From a virus: a DNA stretch of 64,000 nucleotides. Each line of letters begins with the position of its first letter. Position 1 is the first letter of the stretch. The position numbers and the translations under genes are program-made. Positions 21,313-30,396 of the stretch are shown here, piece by piece. The notes under the pieces were generated by a model. That model did no database searches. It saw only the letters and a list, made by a program, of their open reading frames with translations, and had not been told where the DNA came from. The stretch is from the IMG/VR virus record IMGVR_UViG_3300027714_000005. One strand, given 5' to 3'.

Positions 21313-22672
21313 CCCCTATATGCGGAAGGTCGGTGCGTTTCTATCGCCCGACTACTTCCAAGGCGTATACAAGGGACTCTTCAAGGAAGTAACCAAGTTT
21401 GTTGCAAAGTATAACAAACTACCTTCACTTGAAGCATTCAAGATCGAAATGGATGAGAGTGCCGCCTCGATGGGTGATGAAAACTATCGAGGTGCGGCAG
21501 ACTTGCTCCAAGACCTTTTCCAACCCGAACCTGAGAACCTTGAGTGGTTAGTTGAACGTACTGAGAAGTGGTGTCAAGACCGTGCAGTATTCAATGCAGT
21601 GATGGAGTCTATCTCTATCATTGATGGTAAACACGCAACCCTACAGAAGAACGCAATCCCTGATGTCTTATCCAAGGCACTGGGTGTTACGTTCGATACT
21701 AACATTGGTCACGATTACCTTGCGGATGTCGAAGGTCGTTATGCCTTCTATCACGAACAAGAAGAACGTGTTTCCTTTGACCTTGATATGTTCAATCAGA
21801 TTACCAAAGGTGGTCTAACAAACAAATCACTCAACATTGCCCTTGCGGGTACTGGTGTTGGTAAGTCACTCTTCATGTGTCACATGGCTGCATCTGCCCT
21901 CTCCCAAGGACGGAACGCACTGTACATCACTATGGAAATGGCAGAAGAACGTATTGCAGAACGTATTGATGCGAATCTACTGAACGTAGATATCAGTCAG
22001 TTGGAGAATCTATCTAAGGATATGTTCACCGACAAGGTACGTCAAGTTGCGTCCAAGACCCTAGGTAAACTTATCATTAAAGAATACCCGACTGGACAGG
22101 CAAACACCTCTCACTTCCGTGCGTTACTTAACGAGATGAAGTTGAAGAAGAACTTTGTCCCTGAGATTATCTTTGTTGATTACCTGAACATCTGTTCGTC
22201 ATCTCGTATGAAAGGTATGGGTGGTGCGATTAACTCTTATTCTTATATCAAGAGTATTGCAGAAGAGTTACGTGGACTCGCAGTAGAGTTCAATGTACCC
22301 ATCATGTCTGCTACCCAGACTACACGTTCAGGTTACGGTAATGATGATGTTGGTCTAGAGGATACATCCGAGTCGTTCGGTCTACCCGCTACCGCTGACC
22401 TGATGTTCGCACTCATCACTAATGATGAACTAAATAACCTAGGTAAGATTATGGTTAAACAGTTGAAGAATCGTTACAATGATGCGACTGGTGCAAACCA
22501 GAAGTTCACCATTAAGGTTGACCGTAGTAAGATGCGATTGTCTGATGATGATGACGAAATGATGATTCCCCATGACCCCGATAAGGGTTGGGATGATAAA
22601 CCAGTCTTTGATAATACCTCTAGTGGACAGAGAATTAAATCAGAGAACTTTAAAAACTTTAAGATGGGGTAA
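21263..22672 (+). CDS. 41: replicative helicase gp41
   Basis: AGTGVGKSL, ITMEMAEE, DYLNIC, SESFGLPATAD, KQLKNRY. Confidence 0.96.
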   Translation: MNINLEQTILRNLLTNDPYMRKVGAFLSPDYFQGVYKGLFKEVTKFVAKYNKLPSLEAFKIEMDESAASMGDENYRGAADLLQDLFQPEPENLEWLVERTEKWCQDRAVFNAVMESISIIDGKHATLQKNAIPDVLSKALGVTFDTNIGHDYLADVEGRYAFYHEQEERVSFDLDMFNQITKGGLTNKSLNIALAGTGVGKSLFMCHMAASALSQGRNALYITMEMAEERIAERIDANLLNVDISQLENLSKDMFTDKVRQVASKTLGKLIIKEYPTGQANTSHFRALLNEMKLKKNFVPEIIFVDYLNICSSSRMKGMGGAINSYSYIKSIAEELRGLAVEFNVPIMSATQTTRSGYGNDDVGLEDTSESFGLPATADLMFALITNDELNNLGKIMVKQLKNRYNDATGANQKFTIKVDRSKMRLSDDDDEMMIPHDPDKGWDDKPVFDNTSSGQRIKSENFKNFKMG

Positions 22673-22675
22673 AAG

Positions 22676-22927
22676 ATGGATATTCAATATGGTTGGCCCC
22701 TATTCACCTTGTTCTTAATGTTCGTTTCTTTTTGGTACGGAAAGGTGGTAGGGTTCGGATATGGTCAAGACGAGGGGTTCACGTATGGGTGTGAACAGGG
22801 TGCACAAGCAACCGCAAAGGTTCTCATAAAATATATGAGAGCCGAACATGATTTAGTAATTGATGACGCAACCGAATTAGCGATAATAAATAATATTAAT
22901 ATAGAGGAAATTGAATATGATGATTAA
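22676..22927 (+). CDS. membrane-anchored hypothetical protein
   Basis: N-terminal TM helix. Confidence 0.5.
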   Translation: MDIQYGWPLFTLFLMFVSFWYGKVVGFGYGQDEGFTYGCEQGAQATAKVLIKYMRAEHDLVIDDATELAIINNINIEEIEYDD

Positions 22928-23180
22928 CAAACTATCCCCGCAAGACCAAAAGAAAGTCGTTGGTGCAATCAAAGAGTTGTCTGATAGCATGACTCGTATC
23001 GATGCAGAGAAAGACTTAATTAAGGACATCGTACAGGTGACCTTCGAGAACCACGAGATTGATAAGAAGCACATCCGCAAACTGGCATCAATCTACCATA
23101 AAGCAAATATGGATGAAGTGCGAACTGAGTTTGATGACCTAGAGTCATTGTACGAAACATTATTTAGTACGGGGAAGTAG
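22911..23180 (+). CDS. dsbA: DsbA-like dsDNA-binding protein
   Basis: IKE.SDS..RI..E.DLIKDI...K..RKLA.IYHK...E.LYE.LF resembles T4 DsbA. Confidence 0.65.
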   Translation: MNMMINKLSPQDQKKVVGAIKELSDSMTRIDAEKDLIKDIVQVTFENHEIDKKHIRKLASIYHKANMDEVRTEFDDLESLYETLFSTGK

Positions 23181-23181
23181 T

Positions 23182-23838
23182 ATGAGTCAGGTAAGTCTAA
23201 TAGCACTGAGTAGTCCGTCTGCGATTACTGATTGTCACACCGCTGGCGAACTCGTGGCATATACGGCAAGGGTCAGTAATCCAGCTAACCAGTCTAACAA
23301 GAAGACCGCACCCAAACTACTGAGTTACCTGATGAAAGAGAATCATTGGTCACCCTTTGAGATGGTGCATATGACTATGGAAATCAAAACGACTCGTGAT
23401 ATTGCACGACAGATTCTACGTCACCGCTCGTTCTCATTCCAAGAGTTTTCTCAACGGTATGCGGTAAGTGAGAACATCGATGTAGTACGTGAAGCACGTC
23501 TACAGGACGAGACGAACCGTCAGAACTCGGTTGTAACGGATGACCAACACATTAAGAGTGAATGGGGTCGAGCACAGGCAAGAGTCCGTAACTTCGCGAA
23601 GAAAGAGTATAAGGACGCACTCAAGATGGGTATCGCAAAGGAACAGGCACGTGCGTTGTTACCCGAAGGTTTGACCGAGACAACCTTGTATATGGCAGGT
23701 AGTCTACGTAGTTGGATTCACTACTGTGACCTGAGACGTGCGAACGGTACGCAGAAGGAACATATGATTGTTGCGGAACAGTGTTGGGATATTATCGGCA
23801 CACACTTCCCCGACATAATAAGTGTATACAATGACTGA
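23182..23838 (+). CDS. thyX: FAD-dependent thymidylate synthase
   Basis: HWSPFE, RHRSFSFQEFSQRY, ARALLP, TQKEH. Confidence 0.95.
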   Translation: MSQVSLIALSSPSAITDCHTAGELVAYTARVSNPANQSNKKTAPKLLSYLMKENHWSPFEMVHMTMEIKTTRDIARQILRHRSFSFQEFSQRYAVSENIDVVREARLQDETNRQNSVVTDDQHIKSEWGRAQARVRNFAKKEYKDALKMGIAKEQARALLPEGLTETTLYMAGSLRSWIHYCDLRRANGTQKEHMIVAEQCWDIIGTHFPDIISVYND

Positions 23839-24496
23839 GATAGTTATCAGGAACGAGGGTCTACTACAGACCCTCAATGATACTGTAGAGATGTTCCTAG
23901 AACATAGGGAACTTATGACAGAACTGTCGGACAATCTACAACGTGACGTTCCTGTTGAGGAATGGGAGAAGTTCTGTAAGGAAGATTACCTACACGAGAT
24001 GATCGTTACAGGTGTAGATCATGCGGGGTTTCCTGAGACTGGTTACGGTTTTCAGGTCGCACAAGGTGTTAAACAAAGACCTGATGTGTTCACACCACTT
24101 AAACATTGGACAAAGAATGAACTCCCCATGATGTTTGGTGCGAGGTCTAACTCATTGACATCCTACTATCCACCCAATGGATTTGTGGGGTGGCATACCA
24201 ACTGGAACGCATCCGCATACCAAATCATCATAACGTGGAGTGAGAATGGTGATGGCTACTTCTCTTATTATGATAAAGAGACTGATACTATCATCACTGA
24301 ACAAGACGTTAAAGGGTGGCAAGCACGATGGTATAGGTTTGGTCGTTATGATGAACCGCAACATCACTGTTGGCATACCGCATGGACAAACTCCCCACGA
24401 TTCACACTCGCGTTTAAGTTTCCCTATAATAACGTTAACGAAGATTCGGCATTACTGGCATTAAAAGATTTCGTAGAAGAGTTGGAAACCGCTTGA
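23822..24496 (+). CDS. cupin/2OG-oxygenase-like protein
   Basis: YYPPNGFVGWHTN...CWH.AWT..PR.T. Confidence 0.5.
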   Translation: MYTMTEIVIRNEGLLQTLNDTVEMFLEHRELMTELSDNLQRDVPVEEWEKFCKEDYLHEMIVTGVDHAGFPETGYGFQVAQGVKQRPDVFTPLKHWTKNELPMMFGARSNSLTSYYPPNGFVGWHTNWNASAYQIIITWSENGDGYFSYYDKETDTIITEQDVKGWQARWYRFGRYDEPQHHCWHTAWTNSPRFTLAFKFPYNNVNEDSALLALKDFVEELETA

Positions 24497-24521
24497 CAAT
24501 GGTCAGACCTTCTGTTATAAT
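24493..24521 (+). promoter_or_regulatory. sigma70-type promoter (upstream of fabF-desaturase unit)
   Basis: TTGACA-17-TATAAT. Confidence 0.8.
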
Positions 24522-24551
24522 TACCTAAATACAATTAAACTGAGAGAAATA

Positions 24552-24830
24552 ATGAAACCACAAATTGATTACAAATATAGTGAACACCACGCAATTAAGG
24601 AATTGACCGATTACATTGACGGTACGTATGGTGAACACTACTCGAAGAATAAGTTTCAGGCGACTGAGTTTATTATTGATGGTGGCCACGGTGATGGTTT
24701 CTGTATCGGAAACATCATGAAGTATGCACAACGTTACGGTAATAAGAACGGTTTTAACCGCATAGATATAATGAAGGTATTACATTATGCCATCATCCAA
24801 CTCCACGTACACGACCACGAGAATCGATAA
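24552..24830 (+). CDS. DUF3310/SaV-like small phage protein
   Basis: TYGEHY...GFCIGNIMKYAQRYG.K...D..K..HY. Confidence 0.7.
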   Translation: MKPQIDYKYSEHHAIKELTDYIDGTYGEHYSKNKFQATEFIIDGGHGDGFCIGNIMKYAQRYGNKNGFNRIDIMKVLHYAIIQLHVHDHENR

Positions 24831-24832
24831 TT

Positions 24833-24925
24833 ATGAGTGATTTATTATTTTATATTAAGTGGGGAATAATCGGGTTTGTAATCGGTTGGCCCATTGGTTA
24901 CGCAATAGGAACATATATTTTATGA
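24833..24925 (+). CDS. 30-aa hydrophobic peptide
   Basis: MSDLLFYIKWGIIGFVIGWPIGYAIGTYIL; stop overlaps fabF ATG (ATGA). Confidence 0.4.
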   Translation: MSDLLFYIKWGIIGFVIGWPIGYAIGTYIL

Positions 24926-26085
24926 AAGATAGAGTAGTGATTACTGGTGTTGGTTTGGTGGACACACTCGGAACATATCCAATGGAGTGTTTTGAGAACA
25001 TGATCAGTGATCACTATGAACACCCAGTTGATTTTAAGACAGATATAGAGTCTCTCAAAGGATTGGTGTGTTTCAAGTCACGTGATGTGAACTATACGAT
25101 TCCAGATGGTATTCGTAAACCAGTCTTCGGTTCTCTATCAACAGCATCTAAAAACGCTCTTCATGTTGTACAACAGGCAATGGGAGATATCGACAGTACC
25201 GATGTCGCGGTTGTATTCAGTTCGATTGCAGGAAAGGAAGGTGTTAGGAATACAGACTTCTGTAATAAGATGGAGGGTGGTAAACGACTATCCCCCCGAA
25301 CTGCTGTACAGTATCTGAGGGACTTCTCCGCAGGGGTAATCAGTCAGACATTCGACTTCCGTGGTGCGTGTGTCAGTATGGATGCCGCTTGTGCGACTGG
25401 ACTGTACTCTATTGATTATGCAATACACCTACTGGACACACATAGGTTTGTTATTGTTGGTGGGACAGATAATCCTGCTATGGATGATAATATGTTCATC
25501 TTCAGTCAGTTGGGTGCGCTTGGCACTGCGTCAAAACCCTTTGATAAGAAACGTGATGGGTTCGTCATGGGCGAAGGTGCGGGTGCCTTGTTATTAGAGA
25601 AAGAGTCTGAAGCACGGTTACGTGGCGCAAACATCATTGGGTACATTAACACTGTGTCTCACCATTCAGATGGTGCACTTGGTGCACCTACTGCACCAGA
25701 CCCAAACAGTACGGGATCAATTGCGTCCATGACATCTGTCACCCAGAATATAGTTGGGGATGTTGCCTTTGTTAACGCACATGGTACATCAACACCAATG
25801 GGAGATGACCTAGAGTACAATGCGATTCAGGAAGTCTTACCCAAAGTTCCGGTGATTAGTTTCAAGTCAAAGATTGGACACTCTCTTGCGGCCAGTGGTA
25901 TCAATGAAACAATCTATAGTCTGTTGTGTCTCTATAACGGGGTTATACCGAAGAACTTTAATATAGATGAGTGTGACCATGAGTTTGTTTATAAATACAA
26001 GCATCGATTGACAAGTAAAATTGCTGTGAAGAACTCGTTCGCATTTAGTGGAAGGTCTTCGTCACTAGTTCTGGAGGTAGAATGA
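24922..26085 (+). CDS. fabF: beta-ketoacyl-ACP synthase (FabF-like)
   Basis: RVVITGVG, catalytic AAC, PFD..RDGFVMGEGAG, NAHGTST, KSKIGH, NSFAF. Confidence 0.9.
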   Translation: MKDRVVITGVGLVDTLGTYPMECFENMISDHYEHPVDFKTDIESLKGLVCFKSRDVNYTIPDGIRKPVFGSLSTASKNALHVVQQAMGDIDSTDVAVVFSSIAGKEGVRNTDFCNKMEGGKRLSPRTAVQYLRDFSAGVISQTFDFRGACVSMDAACATGLYSIDYAIHLLDTHRFVIVGGTDNPAMDDNMFIFSQLGALGTASKPFDKKRDGFVMGEGAGALLLEKESEARLRGANIIGYINTVSHHSDGALGAPTAPDPNSTGSIASMTSVTQNIVGDVAFVNAHGTSTPMGDDLEYNAIQEVLPKVPVISFKSKIGHSLAASGINETIYSLLCLYNGVIPKNFNIDECDHEFVYKYKHRLTSKIAVKNSFAFSGRSSSLVLEVE

Positions 26086-26795
26086 TAACTGAATATCTAG
26101 GTAAAAACAGTGGGTACGTACATACAATATTTTATATAACGTGTGTACTCTTTACTGTGTTGTGGGTGCCGACATTATCAGTTGTCGAGTTCTTAGTCTG
26201 GTTTGTCGGTGCTCATACTTTTGTCGGATATCTAGTCTCTGCTTTCCAACATCGATACTGTGCACATAAGAGTTGGCAACCGTCAAGGTTCGTTGAAATT
26301 CTCAGTGTTTTCCTGTGTGCCGGATTCGTGTTGATACCGAATATGGGATGGGCATCTGTTCACAAAAATCACCACAGATACACCGATACCGAGAAAGACC
26401 CACATGGTAATGTGCATAGTGTCTGGGATAACTTCATGGCGTTCAACATTGCCCCCTCGAAACATGGTTGGCCTCGATGGATGTTCCGTGACCTACTGTA
26501 CCTTTACCAATTAAAATACTATTGGGAAATTGCGATCCTCTTTGGGGCATTGATGTTTGTGATTGGTATTGGTGAACTATGGTTATCGACTATTGCTGTT
26601 GCATACATCTTCCAAGTCACTCTCAATATTGTAGGTCACCCAAATAGAAGTCCTGCTAATAGACCGTGGTTGGGACTATTATACAGTGGTGAACTATACC
26701 ACAAGAACCACCATGATAACCCCAGTCTATCTAGGTTTGGTTTGATCGATGTTCCATACCTTTTATTCATAAAGTTCTTAGATACCAAGAAATAA
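26082..26795 (+). CDS. membrane fatty-acid desaturase (delta-9-like)
   Basis: His boxes HRYCAH, HKNHH, HKNHH; DTEKDPH; TM helices. Confidence 0.88.
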   Translation: MITEYLGKNSGYVHTIFYITCVLFTVLWVPTLSVVEFLVWFVGAHTFVGYLVSAFQHRYCAHKSWQPSRFVEILSVFLCAGFVLIPNMGWASVHKNHHRYTDTEKDPHGNVHSVWDNFMAFNIAPSKHGWPRWMFRDLLYLYQLKYYWEIAILFGALMFVIGIGELWLSTIAVAYIFQVTLNIVGHPNRSPANRPWLGLLYSGELYHKNHHDNPSLSRFGLIDVPYLLFIKFLDTKK

Positions 26796-26798
26796 CGC

Positions 26799-26855
26799 TT
26801 GACAAGTGATGCATAATCTGATATAATACTTGTATTGATAATGAGAAGAGAGATT
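26799..26855 (+). promoter_or_regulatory. early promoter-leader, class B
   Basis: TTGACA-17-TATAAT-ACTTGTATTGATAATGAGAAGAGAG. Confidence 0.8.
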
Positions 26856-26858
26856 GTT

Positions 26859-27017
26859 ATGGTGTATTTAATCGTTGGTGGTTTGATGATGATGTTTGGT
26901 GTTGGTGGAATGGAGACTAACATGGATGCCTCGTTCCCTTTGGTCGAGTTTTTTGTTGCGTTGGTTGGTGTTCCTGTAGCGTTACACGGTGCAATGAAAC
27001 TTAATATGGAAGAATAA
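26859..27017 (+). CDS. small two-TM membrane protein
   Basis: Hydrophobic; start placed after leader RBS. Confidence 0.5.
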   Translation: MVYLIVGGLMMMFGVGGMETNMDASFPLVEFFVALVGVPVALHGAMKLNMEE

Positions 27018-27019
27018 CT

Positions 27020-27232
27020 ATGAGCAAGATGGGAACGTTTGTTTTACAAGTACAAGAGGTCGTTGAGAACAACGCCTTTCAAAGTTTTGATGTCGTAACG
27101 GATGCACTGGCAATGGAGTTTGCTGATACAGAACTGTTCGATTTCGCAAAAGAGATCGCTTATCAACAGTACGAAGAGATTCGTTCAGATATGGAGTCTT
27201 ATAGTGAAAACCAAAACAACCAAGAAAGGTAG
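27020..27232 (+). CDS. hypothetical acidic protein
   Basis: GGAG-like RBS; MSKMG..V..VQE. Confidence 0.55.
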   Translation: MSKMGTFVLQVQEVVENNAFQSFDVVTDALAMEFADTELFDFAKEIAYQQYEEIRSDMESYSENQNNQER

Positions 27233-27353
27233 TAATAAGAACCCTGTAGCAAAGAACATGGAGAAGTTCAATCGACCTGTTACCCACGTTGATAAGAAGA
27301 AAGCATCTAAGATCAAGGGTCTCGATGTAGACAAAGTGTGGTTTGACGATTAA
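27204..27353 (+). CDS. small basic protein (NPVAK...FN...H.DKKK)
   Basis: GTG 27204 with GGAG RBS, in frame of ORF 27102..27353. Confidence 0.55.
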   Translation: MKTKTTKKGSNKNPVAKNMEKFNRPVTHVDKKKASKIKGLDVDKVWFDD

Positions 27354-27361
27354 TCCCCTCT

Positions 27362-27388
27362 AAATCGACTACTCAGTCGATTTTTTTT
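27362..27388 (+). terminator. Rho-independent terminator
   Basis: AAATCGACT-actc-AGTCGATTT plus T-run. Confidence 0.8.
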
Positions 27389-27418
27389 AATAAAATTTAC
27401 GTTTAAAACTTCAACTTG

Positions 27419-27426
27419 TATAAATA
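27419..27426 (+). promoter_or_regulatory. gp55 late promoter heading the csg/cyclase operon
   Basis: TATAAATA (T4 late consensus) between terminator and ATG 27432. Confidence 0.7.
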
Positions 27427-27431
27427 ACAAC

Positions 27432-27710
27432 ATGGATATACTAACCCTCATTTCAGAATTGGGGTTTCCTATTGCATCTGCCTTAATAGGTGGTTTCTTT
27501 ATGTTTCTGACACTAAAGTATATTATGGATGGTGTGATAGGTCAGGTGAAATCCCTCAAAGGGATCGTAGGTAGCCTTGATAATCGTGTCAAAACTATGA
27601 ATCATGATATGATTCGTATGGATACTACTATGTGTGTTGTTCTGGGAATAAGACCAGACCTCAATCGTATTAGTCGTGCAGACGGTAAGAACGATGCGAG
27701 GAGAGATTAA
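27432..27710 (+). CDS. YvrJ-like single-TM coiled-coil protein 1
   Basis: ISELGFPIA..TM..LDNRVKTMNHDMIR. Confidence 0.55.
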   Translation: MDILTLISELGFPIASALIGGFFMFLTLKYIMDGVIGQVKSLKGIVGSLDNRVKTMNHDMIRMDTTMCVVLGIRPDLNRISRADGKNDARRD

Positions 27711-28186
27711 TGATCGATCCAGTATCCGCAGTAATGACAGCAACTGCCGCATTCAATGGTATTAAGAAATTAGTAGAACGTGGTCAAGACATGGAACACA
27801 CGTTTACACAGATTGGCAAGTGGTACGGTGCCGTTAGTGATTTTAACGAAGCGAAGAGACAGGCGGAGAACCCTCCACTCTTTCGTAAGTTGATCAACAA
27901 GTCTTCGGTAGAAGAAGAAGCAATGAACATCTTCATCTCTAACAAGAAGATTAAAGAACAAGAGACCCAGTTGCGTGAACTCTTACTCTATTCCTATGGC
28001 CCCAGTGCATATCAGGAATTAACTCAGTTACGGAGAGACATCCGAGAGAAGAGGGAAAGGGACGTGTATGCACAAGCGAGGAAACGGAAGTCACTCTTCT
28101 GGAACGCCCTTGGTTGGACATCAGTACTGGTGTTAGGTTATGGATTCTTCATAGTATTTAAACTCATATATTCGAATATCCCGTAA
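27710..28186 (+). CDS. hypothetical helical protein with C-terminal TM
   Basis: MIDPVSAV..ATAAF.GIKK; coiled coil; C-terminal anchor. Confidence 0.6.
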   Translation: MIDPVSAVMTATAAFNGIKKLVERGQDMEHTFTQIGKWYGAVSDFNEAKRQAENPPLFRKLINKSSVEEEAMNIFISNKKIKEQETQLRELLLYSYGPSAYQELTQLRRDIREKRERDVYAQARKRKSLFWNALGWTSVLVLGYGFFIVFKLIYSNIP

Positions 28187-28434
28187 TGGATGTTGTATCA
28201 GTAGTTAACGATTTCGGTTTTCCGATAGTTGCGGCTGTCGGTATGCTTTATATGATTTACTTTGTGTGGAAGACCATTACAAACGAAGTCGAAAAGAACT
28301 TGTCCGAAACAATGACGGTGTTGATAGGTCTCATTGACCGTATCAGGATGTTGGATAATGATATAATTAGATTGCAACAGAAGTTAGACACCGCAATCGA
28401 AATGAGGAGAAAAACAGATGAAGAAGAGATATAG
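28186..28434 (+). CDS. YvrJ-like single-TM coiled-coil protein 2
   Basis: VNDFGFPIVAA..TM..LIDRIRMLDNDIIR; paralogous to 27432..27710. Confidence 0.55.
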   Translation: MDVVSVVNDFGFPIVAAVGMLYMIYFVWKTITNEVEKNLSETMTVLIGLIDRIRMLDNDIIRLQQKLDTAIEMRRKTDEEEI

Positions 28435-28903
28435 TTGGATACAACTCTTTGAGGGTACGTCACTGACAGTTGCGATGATTCTGATGATGTTGATAATCAC
28501 AGAAGTATCAGTTGCCGCACCCATAGAGCACAAATTCAAATCTCCTTCCTTCAGTGGTATTAATCAGTCTAGTCACTATTTGACGATAGAGAACCAAGAG
28601 ACCTCTAGGAAACAGGCGATAAAACAAGAGATTGAAGACCTCCAAGAACAACTGGAGAGGGACGCAGAGAATACTACTCTAGCAAAATTTATTAGGAATG
28701 TGGAATCACGTATTTACTCTACACTATCCAGACAGATCGTTGACGGTATGTTCGGAGAGAACCCAAGCGACACGGGTTCGTTTAACATCGAAGGTACGGG
28801 CATATCATACGTTACAGACGGTGATAACGTAATATTAACAATAACAGACGAGAACGGTAATGTCACGACTATTACTATTCCCCTTGGTGATTTTGGTATC
28901 TAG
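28418..28903 (+). CDS. csgF: curli assembly protein CsgF-like
   Basis: Signal peptide, F..PSFSG, F...ESRI...LS.QI...MFG, C-terminal G..T.I.IP; adjacent to csgG. Confidence 0.8.
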   Translation: MKKRYSWIQLFEGTSLTVAMILMMLIITEVSVAAPIEHKFKSPSFSGINQSSHYLTIENQETSRKQAIKQEIEDLQEQLERDAENTTLAKFIRNVESRIYSTLSRQIVDGMFGENPSDTGSFNIEGTGISYVTDGDNVILTITDENGNVTTITIPLGDFGI

Positions 28904-29660
28904 TTGTGCCAGTCTCGGAGGAGGTAATTTCGAGATACCAAGTGTGGAAGAACCGAAAGTACAACTTACTCTGTTACAGAAAGAGTTAAAGAATGTTTCG
29001 GAACCGACTAGGAAACCCACGGTGGCAGTGTATGAATTCACTGACCAGACGGGACAGAAGAGACAGAACAGTAGTGGCGGAACCTCATTCAGTTCTGCGG
29101 TTACTCAGGCACCCAATGTATATTTGATAAGAGCGTTGACACGTGCATCCAACGGAAACTTCTTCCGAGTGGTTGACCGTCAAATTATTGACCATGTGAC
29201 GAGGGAACGACAGTTAATCCGTCAAACCCGACAATCATACGAGGGAAACGACTCTCAGAAGCTGCCAGCACTCACTTTTGCTGGTATGATTATTGCAGGA
29301 GGTATAGTAGGGTACGATACCTCTGTTGACACAGGCGGAGCTGGTGCTAGATATCTTGGCATCGGTACTTCCCGTGAATATAGTAGAGACACTGTGACTA
29401 TCAATATTCGATTAGTGTCTGTGGCAACAGGTGAGGTTTTACTTGATGTGATATCAAGCAAGACCATACTCTCCACCGCTTTTGGCGGAGATGTGTTTAA
29501 ATTTATCGAACAGGGTACTGAACTGGTTGAGATTGAATCGGGCAGTACAAAAAACGAATCCGTTTCCATTGCAACACAAAGGGCGATAGAAGCGGGAGTC
29601 TTGGAACTTATACTGAGAGGAAGTAAGTATGGTTTCTGGACGCTTAATGGAGAGAAGTAA
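28860..29660 (+). CDS. csgG: curli secretion channel CsgG-like lipoprotein
   Basis: Lipobox VSSC; VAVYEFTDQTGQ, FSSAVTQ, ERQLIR, GGIVGYD..TGGAGARYLGIG. Confidence 0.92.
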   Translation: MSRLLLFPLVILVSSCASLGGGNFEIPSVEEPKVQLTLLQKELKNVSEPTRKPTVAVYEFTDQTGQKRQNSSGGTSFSSAVTQAPNVYLIRALTRASNGNFFRVVDRQIIDHVTRERQLIRQTRQSYEGNDSQKLPALTFAGMIIAGGIVGYDTSVDTGGAGARYLGIGTSREYSRDTVTINIRLVSVATGEVLLDVISSKTILSTAFGGDVFKFIEQGTELVEIESGSTKNESVSIATQRAIEAGVLELILRGSKYGFWTLNGEK

Positions 29661-29661
29661 A

Positions 29662-30396
29662 ATGAACGCAAAGCAAACGGGTGCGATTCCTATGTTCGCT
29701 ATGATGTTCGTGATTGGTGCTGTGTATGCAGACAATGAAATATATATTGATCAAGTAGGAAGTAGTACTGCTATCGAGATTATTCAAGATGGCAGTGGTA
29801 ACAAAATAGGTGGCGGACTCACTGATGAAACAAAGATGTTACTCAGTGGTGACGATATGGACATTAACTTAAACTTCAGTGGTTCTACGAACAACTTGAT
29901 TGGTTCCGTGATTGGTTCTAATTCGGTACTAGACGTAGACGTGACAGGGTCAGGTAACGACCTGTTCTTTGATGTTGATAAAGATAATGCCTATGGCGCT
30001 ACAGGCGGGAACTATCTTGTATCTATCACTGGTGGTAACAACGCAGTGGACTTTGATTTTGGTTCACTTGATACCGCAAACGATACGGACTTTGACTTTA
30101 TATTGGACGGTGATTTTAACACTGGCGATATAAACGTAGATGCATCTAGTCTTACATTCAACATGGATGTGATATCAGATAATTCCAATCTAGATTATTC
30201 GGCAACTGGTTATGATGGCCATCAGTTTATATTGACTGGTACAGGAAACTATTGGGACATTGATGTTGTCCAAGAGTCTACTCTACAGTCTGATTCTTTG
30301 GAGTTAAATTATGATGGTTCAGGAACAAGCACGACTGATGCTACTATTTGTATTGTTCAGTCTGACGGTGGTTTCGTCAACACTTGCGGCCAGTAA
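29662..30396 (+). CDS. curlin-like secreted beta-repeat protein (CsgA/B-like)
   Basis: Signal peptide ending VYA, DNEIYIDQVG..I.Q.G.GN, Gly/Asn/Asp/Ser-rich repeats of about 20-25 aa. Confidence 0.7.
   Translation: MNAKQTGAIPMFAMMFVIGAVYADNEIYIDQVGSSTAIEIIQDGSGNKIGGGLTDETKMLLSGDDMDINLNFSGSTNNLIGSVIGSNSVLDVDVTGSGNDLFFDVDKDNAYGATGGNYLVSITGGNNAVDFDFGSLDTANDTDFDFILDGDFNTGDINVDASSLTFNMDVISDNSNLDYSATGYDGHQFILTGTGNYWDIDVVQESTLQSDSLELNYDGSGTSTTDATICIVQSDGGFVNTCGQ

Noticed and set aside
24859-24921. Longer upstream starts in the ORF track (also 33761, 35049, 39327, 55188, 9584)
   Set aside because: They overlap promoters or upstream genes; downstream ATGs fit the RBS and domain start better
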